Assembly: GCF_004010195.1 (NCBI RefSeq)
Contig: NC_057718.1
Coordinates: forward strand, 2,370,556-2,404,050
Direction of reading: 5' to 3'
Source: Chiloscyllium plagiosum
Lineage: Eukaryota
DNA length: 33,495 bases
A model generated the notes under the pieces. The model saw only the letters and a program-made list of their open reading frames with translations. It had not been told where the DNA came from and did no database searches. Position numbers and translations under genes: made by a program. Positions 22,929-33,495 of this stretch are shown one piece after another. Position 1 is the stretch's first letter. The number at the start of each line of letters is the position of its first letter.

Positions 22929-23139
22929 TTGGTAAGGAAATGAATTGATGGCCTGGCTGTTGTCAGTGAGCTGGAGAGATTTCAAGGCATACAATCCGAC
23001 CCTCTGGTTTATCACTGCATCATCAGAACAGTGTTCACATTGCAGGAGAACCGCAGCCTGCTCTCCACTGAAGCTGTGCTCTGCACAACCAGCCAATGGA
23101 GCAGCAGAAAACTGCAGTTTACTGGAGACTGTAACAGTT

Positions 23140-23560
23140 ATAGTGTACAGGCACAGTGTACACACAGGCTCAGAGTACACACAGGTACAGTCTACATGCA
23201 GGCACTGTGCACACACAGGTACAGTGTACATATAGGCACAGTGAACATACAGGTACTGTGTACATACAGGTACAGTGTGCATACAGATACAGGGTATGGA
23301 CAGAGTGCACAGGCACAGTGTACATACAGGCTCAGTGTACATATAGGCACAGTGAACATACAGGTACAGTGTACATACAGGTACAGGGTATAGACAGAGT
23401 GCACAGGCACAATGTAAGGTACAATGTACAGTGTACATACAGGTTCAGAGTACACACAGGTACAGTGTACATACAGGCACAGGTACAGGGTATGGACAGA
23501 GTGTACAGGCACAGTGTACCAGTACTGTGTATGGACAGAGTGTCGAGGCACAGTGTACAA
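23140..23560. repeat. ~17-bp minisatellite
   Basis: acagtgtacatacagg(c/t) units with interspersed acagggtatggacagagtg variants. Confidence 0.92.
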
Positions 23561-24359
23561 GTGTAGGAGGAGCTTCCTCAGAATGTCGGAACACTGGTGC
23601 CTCAGGAATGTCCCTCTCTGATGCTGGGCAGGTTTGGATGTTTGTAACCTGCCAGTATACAGCCTGTTTGCTGCTGGACCTGGGGGCAATGTCAATGTCA
23701 GCATTGTCCTCAGCATCTGAGATCCCTGGACCTTCCCAGGGATTAGTTGGAGACATTTTCAGCCAGTGTGTTACACAGGTCCCTGATGACATATTGGCCA
23801 GGGTGATGTCAATGCTGACCACAGGTGATGTCAGTCAGAGAGCAGGGTGGTCTGGCTCCCAGCTCTCACTGGATTCCTGGACTACACACACAGAGCAGTT
23901 AAGCTCACACTGATCACTCTCCCTTCCCAGCAACACTATGGACTGGGTTTACACATCATCACTGTCCAAAGGACAGGCAGAAGCAGGCAATGAATATTGA
24001 TCTAGCCAGTGATATCCACATCCCCCACCACTGATAAAACCAGGAATATTCATCAACAAGGACTTCCATTCCATCAATATCCTGTGAAACTAAAAGGAGT
24101 TCCCTTTGACTCCAATTTGGATACTGCACTTGGTCAAATAAAGCCTGGCTATCACTCTGACCTCCCTTCCAGTGAACATGTTGAGAAGGATGAAGTGTAC
24201 TTGGGGAATAAAGTGTAATGTATTGGAGTGGACTCGAGGAACCAGAGAAAAGCACACACGTGTAGCATGACTCATCCATTCCCTGCCCTGCTTATGTCAT
24301 TGAACCACATTCCACACGGAGTCCATGGGGAAGGCAAGGCCGCTTTTCTGCTGACTCAC

Positions 24360-24413
24360 CAGGCTGAGATCCCAAAACATCAGCAGCTTATCATCAATAT
24401 CCACTTCAGTCGT
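24360..24413 (-). CDS. Candidate 54-nt phase 0-0 exon TTEVDIDDKLLMFWDLSL (unidentified)
   Basis: caatag|ACG...CTG|gtgagt; open frame, strong donor, weak pyrimidine tract. Confidence 0.2.
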
Positions 24414-24861
24414 CTATTGGGTGACACAGCCACACAGTCACTCACCATGATACAAAGCTTCACAGAATCCCTACCATCTAACACTGACTGATTATAACAG
24501 TGAGTTAAGGACACCAGCACTGTTACAGGCTGGGAGCTTGGCTGAACTCTGTGATTAGCTGAAGTCAATATGATGGGTTTGAAGCTGTGCTCCTTTGTGT
24601 CTGTCTGGAGATTGGTGCCTTCACACCACGGTGAGTGAACTGTCTGAATTTATCTGCAAGCATCAGTTTATGGTCACAGAATGCTGACTGAAATGAGTCA
24701 GTACCGGATTTGAGAAGTCATTTTGCTTATTTATCTGTAAATAAGATCTGTTATTTTGAAAGATTTCAATTTTGCAATAGCAAGACATCAGTCAAAATGT
24801 GTCCCTCATCAATATGAACAATAAATACCTTGCTATCATGTTTAATACATTCCTCAACCAC

Positions 24862-24995
24862 TCTCAGGACAGAGACAGCACGGGGTTAGATACAGAGTAA
24901 AACTCCTTCTACCTGATCTCCAGTAAACATACCCAGGACAGAGATAGCATGGGGTTAAACACAGAGTAAAGCTTCCTCTACACAGTGCCCGACAA
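24862..24995. repeat. Two units of a ~68-bp tandem repeat
   Basis: caggacagagacagcacggggttagatacagagtaaa...cttctac occurs twice. Confidence 0.85.
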
Positions 24996-25004
24996 ACTGT
25001 AATA

Positions 25005-26155
25005 AACTAGTCAGACCGGATTTCCCTTTCCTGAATCCACACTGACTCTGTTTGATCAGATTATGATTGTCCAAATGTTCAGTTCTTCCTTAATAATTGA
25101 TTCCAACACTTTTCCAACAAAAGATGTGAGGCAAATTGGCCTTTAGCTACCCTTGTTTTGCCTCCTTCCTTTTCAGTTAGGGGTATCACATCAGCAGTTT
25201 TCCACTTCACTGGTATTTCTCCGGAATCCTCGCCTCGGCCTAGAACCACACTGGAATCCATTCCTTAGCCTGTTGTATAAAGACTCCCCTCACACTGGGA
25301 AAATGAATTTATTGTCTCTTTTTCTGTGGTGCAGAGGTTATCAGGTTTGTTTAACAAGTGAAAAGTCCCCACTTCAAAGGCAGGCAGAAACAAAGATGGG
25401 CCTTTGTTTGGGGTGGCACCTGTGTCTCAGTGGTTAGCACTGCTGCCTCATGGGACCAAGGTTCAATTCCAGCTTTGGGTGATTGTTTGTGTGGAGTTTG
25501 TACATTTTCCCCATTTCTGTTGGATACTCTAGTTTCCTCCCACAGACCAAAGAGGTGCAGGTTAGGTGGAATGGCCATGCTAAATTTCCCATAATGCTTG
25601 GTGATGTGCAGATTAAGTGGGTTAGCCACGGGAGATGCAGGGATAGGGTAGGGGGTTGAGTCTAGGCGGGGTGCTCTTTGGAGAGTTGGTGTGGACTTGT
25701 GCTGAATGGCCTGTTTTCACACACTGTAGGGATTCTGTTCTAATCCAAGGACTTTTAGAAAATTACAGCCAATGTACCCACAATCTCTGCAGCTCCCTCT
25801 TTTCGGATCCTGGGATGCAAGTAATCAGGGCCAGGAGAAGTCTCTGCTTTTAGCCCCATTAAGTCACCTGACAGTACTTCTGTAGTAATGGTGATGGCAC
25901 TTAGTTCCACCCTACTCACCATGCTCCCCACCACTCCCTCCACACCTCCACCCCCTGGATTCTTTAGTATTAGTGGGATGTTTGAAGTCTCTTCTGCTGT
26001 AAAGACTGATGCAAAATATCTGTTCAACTCCTCTGCTATTTCCTTGTTCCCAAAACCACATTCCTCATTCATCTTCTAAATTCTATGACCTATGTTCACT
26101 TTGACCTCTTTCTTCTTTTTTGTGTATTTAAATAAGCTCTTACTGTCAGTTTTTG
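25005..26155 (-). mobile_element. Decayed CR1 fragment interrupted at about 25231-25741
   Basis: GNKEIAEELNRYFASVFTAEE, SPGPDYLHPRIRKE, EIPVKWKTADVIP. Confidence 0.85.
25410..25742 (+). mobile_element. HE1-like V-SINE
   Basis: ctcagtggttagcactgctgcctca...ggttcaattcc...gtgtggagtttgtacatt...cactgtagggattct. Confidence 0.9.
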
Positions 26156-26159
26156 TATT

Positions 26160-26735
26160 AACAAAGAATAATACAGCACAGGGACAGCCCCTTCGGCCCT
26201 GCACTGACACATTTTTTCCCCCTCCACCCTGAGAAAAAGCTCCATACTCTCTATTCTATCCATGCCATTCACAAACATATAAACCTCTATCAGGTCACCC
26301 CTCAACCAGAGGTCACAGCTTAAAAATACAGGGTAGACCATTTAGGACAGAGATGAGGAGAAACTTCTTCACCCAGAGAGTGGTGGCTGTGTGGAATGCT
26401 CTACCCCATAGGGCAGTGGAGGCTCAGTCTCTGGATTCATTTAAGAAAGAGTTGGATAGAGCTCTCAAGGATAGTGGAATCAAGGGTTATGGAGATAAGG
26501 CAGGAACAGGATACTGATTAAGGATGATCAGCCATGATCATATTGAATGGTGGTGCAGGCTCGAAGGGCAGAATGGCCTACTCCTGCACCTATTGTCTAT
26601 TCTCTCAATCTCCTGCGTTCCAGTGAAAACAAAACCAGTCTATCCAATCTTTCTTCATCGCTAAATTCCTCAAACAGGCAACATCGTGGTAAACCTTTTC
26701 TGTGCTTTCTCCAAAGCATCCACACCTTCTATATG
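26160..26735 (-). mobile_element. Decayed CR1 3' fragment hosting a nested CR1 tail
   Basis: RGDLIEVYMFVNGMDR; acaaagaataatacagcacagggacagcccc. Confidence 0.75.
26308..26600 (+). mobile_element. Young ~300-bp CR1 3' end, same subfamily as 14073-14372
   Basis: Near-identical reverse complement of 14073-14372. Confidence 0.93.
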
Positions 26736-26924
26736 CAAAGTTAGCCCTTGCGGTTTATTTTCTCTATTATCTTTATAATCATTTTCGCCTTCCTTTACTG
26801 GATTCTGAATTTATTCTTGCCTTCAAGGCTATCACTGACTTTTGCCCCCTAATGTGCTTTTCCTATTGACTTAATCCCCTCCTTAATATCCCCATTCGAC
26901 CACAGTTGGTTCTTTCTGGTTGTT

Positions 26925-27260
26925 ATGTGGGTTTGGACAGAATGGATATAAAGGACATGACTCCCTCGCAGACAGATCACAGACCAGGGAATACATATCT
27001 GATGTGTTTTCCAAAGGAAATAAATGTGACGTAAGAAAAAAAACATTGTTATTTTACAAGTAGGTAGGGTCTGGAATGCACTGTCTGGAAAATGTGGTGA
27101 AAACAGATTCAGCTGAGACATTCAGGAAGGTATTGAGTGTTATTTAGTTGGAAACAACATGCAGGGTAAGCGGATAAGGCTGGAGACTGGCACTGGGTCA
27201 ACATGCTCAAAGAGCCACAGCGACACAATGGGCTGAATGGCCTCCTCCTGCCTTACAGTC
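26925..27260 (+). mobile_element. Old CR1 3' end
   Basis: gtctggaatgcactgtctg...gacacaatgggctgaatggcctcct. Confidence 0.7.
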
Positions 27261-27319
27261 CAGTTGTCACCTACACCTGGTCCATCCCCGACTCTTCCCT
27301 CCTCCCCTTCCTTGACATG

Positions 27320-27945
27320 TCTCTGTCTATTTCTGCAGACACTCTGTCCAATAATGTCCATTACAATCCGTTACCTTGACTACACCCCCCCACCCCCTCC
27401 CTTCCTGCATGGACTGCACTCCATCCTCCCAGCTTCTCTGTCTCCATTGTATCTGTTCCAATGATGCCACTTCCCACCAGACTGCCCCTGATATAACCTC
27501 CTTTCCCCTCAATCCAGGATTTCCCTTCATTAGAACCTCAGCCATGACCAACCCATCTCCCACCCTTCTACCCTATCCCACCCTCCCAGAATAGCCATCG
27601 GGTTCCCCTTGCCCTGATATTGCACGTCACTCATCGGCACATTCAAAGGATCATCCTCCCCTATTTTCACCACCTCCAGGAGGGTGTCCCCAAAAAACAT
27701 CACGTCCCCTCTTCTTTCAGCAGTATTCTGCATGGACTGTTCCCTCTGTGAACCCCTGGTCCACCCCTCCATCACTCCCAATGCTTCCTCACCCTTCCAT
27801 GGCACTTTCATATTCAAATGTGGAACTTCATCCCTCCTCACTGTCCAAGGTCCCAACACACCTTCCAGGTGAAGCAGCAATTTACCTAAACTTGTTAAAA
27901 TCTAGTCCTTGATATTCACTGCTCACAATGCAGTTTCCTTTTCAC
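27320..27945 (+). mobile_element. Decayed Penelope-like ORF (RT thumb, linker, GIY-YIG start)
   Basis: YLDYT, SQLLCLHCICSNDATSH, RVPLAL...HIQRIIL, SLCEPLVHPS, TVQGP, FQVKQQFT, HCSQCS. Confidence 0.85.
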
Positions 27946-28125
27946 ATGCACAGTCTACTCTGTCCACCACTGACGTTCAGTCGCAGTAGTGCGGACTACC
28001 TACAGGATACATGGCTGAAATTCACCAAAGATCCAAACCCATGGCTGCTTCCATCTAGAAGGACAAGGGCAGCAGATACATGGGGACATGACCCCCTCTC
28101 CGAGCCACTCACCACCCTGACCTTT
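27946..28125 (+). mobile_element. Fragment of the CR1/L2-group LINE 3' region
   Basis: ttccatctagaaggacaagggcagcagatacatgggg...agccactcaccaccctgac matches 16990-17070. Confidence 0.8.
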
Positions 28126-28499
28126 TCAATGTACTGCTGTGTCCCTGCACTTCAGTACAAGGAACAATAAACTTAATTCTAATTCTAATCAATGTCTATT
28201 TTTGCCTTTTAACAGGGTCTACCTTCATCAACGTTACACTGATCACAGTAACAGAGTAATTGAAGGTTTGTTTTTGATTGCAGATTGCTACAGCTCTCTG
28301 CAGGTTCAGAATGCTGGCTGCAACATCATCTCCATCATCAGACCTTCTCAATCAGTGACTGGTTGGAGCAGATATCTATCACTGATGGCAGATTGACTTT
28401 AGTCTTTCTTTAAATACATACAATTAGGGAACTTACTTGTAAGTTTGGGCATAAACAAACCAACTGTAGTGCCATGACAAATCTCATCTTTTGAAAGAG

Positions 28500-30343
28500 C
28501 ATAGAACATAGAAAAGTATAGCTTAAAATAGGCCCTACAGCCCACAATGTTGTGCCGAGGATTATTCTTAATCTAAAATAAAATAACCTAACTTACGCAC
28601 CCCTCAATTCACTTCTGTCCATGTGCTTGTCCAGCAGTCACTTAACAGTCCCTAATGACTCTGCTTCCACCACCACTGGCAACGTATTCCATGCGTTCAC
28701 AACTCTCTGCGTAAAGAACCTACCTCTGACTTCCCCTTCATACCTTTCTCCTAATATCTTAAAATTATGACTCCTCGTGCCCTGGGGAAAGGTCTCTGAC
28801 TATTGACTCTATCCAAGCCTCTCATTACCTTGTATACCTCGATCAGGTCTCCTCTCTTCCTCCTTCTCTCCGGAGAGAAAAGTCTGATCTTAGTCAACCT
28901 CTCTTTGGAAGACAAGCCCTCCAGTCCAGGCAGCATCTTGGTAAACCTTCTTTGCACCCTCTTCTGTATTTTTCCTTTAGTAGGGCGACCAGAACTGGAC
29001 ACAATATTCCAAGTGTAGTCTCACCAGGGACTTGCAGAGCTGCAGCAAAAACTTGCAGCTCTTAAACTTGATCGTCCTGTTAATGAAAGCCAAAACACCG
29101 TATGCTTTCTTAACAACCCTATCCACTTAGGTGGCAACTTTGAGGGATCTATTGCACACCAAGATCGCTCTGTTCCTCCATATTGCCAACAATCCTGTCT
29201 TTAATCCTATATTCAGCATTCGAGTTCGACCTTCCAAAATGCATCACTTCGCATTTATCCAGGTTGAACTCCATCTGCCATTTCTCAGCCCACCTCTGCA
29301 TCCTGTCTATGTCCCGCTGCAGCCTGCAGTAGCCCTCTATACTATCAACGACACCTTCAACCTTTGTGTCATTGGCAAATTTACTAACCCATCTCTCAAC
29401 CTCCTCATCTAAGTCATTTATATAAACTACAAAGAGCAGAGGCTCAAGAACAGAGCCCTGCGGGACCCTACACCACTCACCACTGACCTCCAGGCAGAAT
29501 ACTTTCCATCTTCCGCCACTCTCTGCCTTCTGTTGGCCAACCAATTCTGAATCCAGATAGCCAAATCTCCTTGTGTCCCACACCTCCTGACTTTATGAAT
29601 GAGCCTACCATGAGGAACCCTATCAAATGCCTTGCTGAAGTCCATATACACCACATCTACTGCTTGACGTTCATTGACCTGTCTCGTCACCTCCTCAAAG
29701 AACTCAATATGTTTTGTGAGGCATGACCTGCCCCTCACAAAGCCATGCTGACTGCCTTTAATCATGCCATGCTTTTCCAAATATTCATAAATCCTATCCC
29801 TCAGAATTCTTCCCAAAACTTTGCTGACCACAGACGTAAGACTGACTGGTCTGTAATTGCCAGGGATTTCCCTATTCCCCTCCTTGAAAAGAGGAACAAC
29901 ATTACCCTCCCTCCAATCCTCTGGTACAACCCCCGTGGAGAGTGAGGAAGCAAAGATCTTCGCCAGCACATTAGCAACCTCCTTTCTCACTTCCCGGAGC
30001 AGCCTAGGATAAACCTGGTCTGGCCCTGGGGACTTATCAATCTTAATATTTGCCAAAACTTCCAGCACATCAACTTCATCAATCTTGATCTGTTCAAGCC
30101 TGTTTCCCAGCTCCTCGAAGTTCTCATTCACAACAAGGTCCCTTTCCTTCGTGAAAACCAAAGCAAAAAACTCATTTAGGACTTCCCCTATCTGCTCAGA
30201 CTCCACACACAAGTTCCCTACGCTATCCCTGACTGGCCCTACCTTCTCCCTGATCATTGCCTTATTCCTCACGTATGAGTAAAATGCCTTTGGGTTCTCC
30301 CTAATCCTTCCTGCCAAGTCTTTCTCGTGCCCCCTCCTGGCTC
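28500..30343 (-). mobile_element. Relatively young 5'-truncated CR1 LINE
   Basis: 296-aa ORF 29427-30317 ([51 protein letters not shown]); catagaacatagaa tail. Confidence 0.97.
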
Positions 30344-30904
30344 ATAAAGGTCATAAAGTCAGAGCGAACTTATCTTAATGAGATTTTAATTGCAATAATT
30401 CTTCAATTGATAGTGCAGAATGGTCTGCAGTTTCAATGAACTTGATGAACTTACTGAATCTTGTAGGTCAGGACCTTCAGGCTGGAGGCTGACCTACATC
30501 TACATCTTGAGCAGGTATGGTTTGGCGTGACTGCATTGGAATTGGCCCAGCACATCCCCCAGTGAAGGCAACAGCTCTGCTTCAAACTGCTGCTGCTGAC
30601 AGTTGCAAAATGAGTCATTCGGTAACAATTCAAGGGTGAAATAGCTTAGTTTGACTGGTTCAGTAAATCCCCAGCGACATTGAGCAGGTCAAACATTGTA
30701 TCGCAGAGTGTTTAAAGTGAGATTGTAGATAAAAAAAATACAGAAACAGGGTTGGGGGTGTGGTGATTCTGTTGTTGATAGTGTTTAGAGCCAGTCCAGC
30801 TTGAGTTAATGAATTAAACCATATATTATTATCTTACTCCTATAGAAACAGATCGTCGTCATTATAAATTCTTCGGTCTAGGACTGAACTGGTCCTGTCT
30901 AGCA

Positions 30905-31200
30905 TCCTCCCACTCTCATTGGCATCACTGACCAGCATTGAATCCTGAACTTGCAACAGCTGGTGTTAAAGTGATCATCCTTCTTTCCATAGTGCTCCAT
31001 GGCTCCACCTCTCCCTATCGCTGTTATCCCCTCCATCATCTCTTGCATACCCTCAATTTGAATTACTCTACCATTACTCTTGCTCCTTGCTGCCTCAGCC
31101 CCCAACCCTGAAACTCCCTCCCTGAACAACTTGCCTCTTTGCTGTTGATCACACAAATCCAAACCAACCTCTCTGATTTGGTCATTTGATCCAACAATCT
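30905..31200 (+). mobile_element. Highly decayed L2-like LINE 3' region
   Basis: ctcattggc...gctccatggctccacctctccctatc...ccctgaaactccctccctgaa resembles the L2 motifs LHWLP / LHGLAPPYL / WNSLP. Confidence 0.55.
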
Positions 31201-31212
31201 CCTCATGTACTG

Positions 31213-31335
31213 AGAAAAAATGTGCTGGAGATCACAGTGGGTCAGGCAGCATCCATGGAGAGAGAGCAAGCTAATGTTTTGAGTCCAGATGACTCTTCAT
31301 CAGTGCTTCAGTACAGATTCCAGCATCTGCAGTAA
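31213..31335 (-). mobile_element. PLE terminal repeat with a hammerhead relic
   Basis: Minus strand: aagca-CTGATGA-A-GAGTC-atctg-GACTC-AAAA-CATT-agctt. Confidence 0.8.
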
Positions 31336-31635
31336 ATCACTTGCTCAGTGCCAAGTGTCTATTACTAACACGGAGCATTTTGGGATGGTCAGTGATACTG
31401 TATAAATACAAGTTATTGCTGACATATTTTGAGTATAGATCTCAGAAATTGGAAAACAAATCAAGAATGAGATTGGTGGGAGGTTTCAAGAGTAATAGCA
31501 ATAGGAACCTTCACCATCAGAAACAGCTGGAGATCAAGCCAGCTGTTCCATTTGTTTCATTCTTTGGATGTGAGCATTGCTGGCAATATTGGGACATAGT
31601 GTACATTCCTAGCTATTTGGACAAGGTTTGTCTTT

Positions 31636-31765
31636 GAGTCAGAGTCACAGAGGCCTACAGCCCTGAATAGAGCCCATTGAGTCTGGACAGGTCAAAAACA
31701 ACCACCTAATTTTCCATTCCAATTTTCCAGCACTTGGCCCATTGCCTTGGCATTGCACGTGTACA
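31636..31765 (-). mobile_element. CR1 3' end fragment
   Basis: gagtcagagtcacagaggcctacagc...ttttccagcacttggccc. Confidence 0.6.
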
Positions 31766-31976
31766 GACTCCTACAATGCTCCAACCAGGGACCAAAGCAA
31801 CTTGGCAACCAAGTGTCTCATTGGAACAATTCAGAAAGCAATTTAAATTGGTGTAGTGGAACTGGTGTCACATTAACACACAGTAGATTTTATTCCCTAA
31901 AGGACATTACTTAAGCACTTGGATTTTTGCAACAATTTGACAGCTTCATGGTTGATTTTATTGCCAGCTTGATAAT

Positions 31977-32062
31977 TGACCTGAAACGTTAACTTTGTTT
32001 CTCTCCCTACAGAAGCTGCCAGACCTACTGCGTTTCTCCAGCAATTGCTGTGCTTGTTTCAT
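31977..32062 (+). mobile_element. PLE terminal repeat, 3' half of a hammerhead (GAAACGTT)
   Basis: gacctGAAACGTTaactttgtttctctccctacagaagctgccagacct. Confidence 0.8.
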
Positions 32063-32159
32063 AAGTTTGTCTGTCGGCTGGTTCCATAAGATCATAGTTG
32101 GTCTATGACTTTATCCGTATCCACATTCCAAAGGTGTGCAGGTCAGGTGAATTGGCCGT

Positions 32160-33495
32160 GGGTCACAGGAATGTGCTGGCAGACAGCAAACTGGTTTGAA
32201 GTGTGTCTACTTCAACACCAGAAGTATCCAAAATAAGGTAGGTGAGCTTGCAGCATGGATAGGTACCTGGGACTTCGATGTTGTGGCCATTTCGGAGACA
32301 TGGATAGAGCAGGGTGAGGAATAGATGTTGCAGGTTCCAGGGTTTAGATCTTTCATTAAAAACAGGCAAGGCGGTAAAAGAGGGGGGGGGGCCATGGCCT
32401 TGTTAGTCAAGGTTAGTATAACGGTGGCTGAGAGAATGATTGATGAGGACTCGTCTACTGAGGTAGTGTGGGCTGAGGTTAGAAACAGGAGGAGAGGTCA
32501 CACTGCTTGGAGTTTTTTACAGGCCTCTGCAGAGTTCCAGGGATGTGGAAAAGAGGATTAGCAGAATTATTCTGAGTAGGAGTGAAAGGAACAGGGTGGT
32601 CATTATGGGGGACTTTAACTTTCCCAACATTGACTGGAAATGCTGTAAATCTAGTACGTCAGATGGATCAGTTTTTGTCCAATGTGTACAGGAGGGTTTC
32701 CTGACTGAGTATGTCGAAGGGCCGACAAGAGGGGAGGCCACATTGGATCTGGTGCTTGGTAACCAGGCCAGGTGTTTGATTTAGTTGTAGGTGAGCACTT
32801 TGGAGAGAGTGACCATAATTCAGTTACGTTTAGTTTAGCAATGGAAAGGGATAGGTACATGCCACAGGCAAGGGAAATTATAATGTGATTAGGCAAGAAT
32901 TAGGATGCATAGAATGGGGTAGCAAAATGTAGGGGATGCAGACTATTGAAATGTGGAGCTGGTTTAAGGAACAGATGTTGCGTGTCCTTAATAGGTATGT
33001 CCCTGTCAGGCAGGGAGTAAGTGATAAGGTAGGGGAACTGTGGTTTACGACAGAAATCTGTTGTTACGAAGAAGAAGGAGGCTTATGTGTTGATGAGGCA
33101 AGATGGTTCAGATGAGGCGATGGAGAGTTACAGATCAGCCAGGAAGGATTTAAAGAGAGAGTTAAGAAAAGCAAAGAGAGGACACGAGCAGTCTTTAGCA
33201 AATAGAATAAAGGAGAACCTTAAAGCTTTCTATAGGTATATGAGGGATAAAAGGATGATTAGGGTAGGAATAGGGCCACTCAAAGACAGAAGTGGGAAGT
33301 TGAGTGTGGACCCTGTAGAGATCAGAGAGGTGCTAAATGAACATTTCTCATCGGTGTTCACTCAGGAAAAGGAGAATATTGCAGAGGAGAAGAATGAGGT
33401 ACGAGAGATTAGACTCGAAAGGATCGAGGTTAGTTACAAACAGGTGTTATCAATTCTAGAAGGAGTGAAAGTAGACAAGTCCCCTGGGCCGGATG
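32160..33495 (+). mobile_element. CR1 LINE ORF2 5' part (APE endonuclease and tether), running off the window
   Basis: LKCVYFNTRSI, DVVAISETW, GKRGGG, VVIMGDFNFPNIDW, PTRGEATLDLVL, SDHN, and KSPGPD at the window end; several stops and frameshifts. Confidence 0.95.

Noticed and set aside
22809..23913. Overlapping Cys/Tyr/Val-rich ORFs
   Set aside because: Mostly the 17-bp minisatellite; the unique parts show no recognisable domain or clear splice sites.
24569..24630. Ig/TCR-type leader exon MMGLKLCSFVSVWRLVPSHH with a phase-1 donor
   Set aside because: Weak hydrophobic core, no downstream V exon, and none of the CACAGTG heptamers I checked has a properly spaced nonamer.
29427..30317. 296-aa reverse transcriptase as an active or domesticated gene
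   Set aside because: It is a 5'-truncated CR1 with a frameshift before the catalytic motif (FANDTK) and no endonuclease.

Overview
This is vertebrate, not prokaryotic, DNA. The repeat families suggest a cartilaginous fish (shark), judged from HE1/V-SINE copies, a Deu-domain SINE, shark-type CR1 LINEs and Penelope-like elements (PLEs) recognised from memory, not from a database search. Roughly three quarters of the window is nested, decayed transposable elements and tandem repeats, and there is one 527-N assembly gap. No intact or identifiable protein-coding gene is present. Nearly all long ORFs are CR1/L2 ORF2 relics or repeat-derived artefacts, and a few short splice-bounded segments are weak exon candidates only. 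Four features stand out. (1) Several PLE terminal-repeat copies carry minimal hammerhead-ribozyme cores; one can be rebuilt into a complete type I hammerhead that a CR1 LINE split at the predicted cleavage site (4259-4295 plus 5780-5788). (2) A 33-bp minisatellite appears to have been amplified from a Deu-SINE segment and ends in a fold-back junction with a SINE head. (3) A PLE shows a twin-priming-like inversion. (4) Two young ~300-bp CR1 tails share the same 5' end. TE boundaries are approximate.
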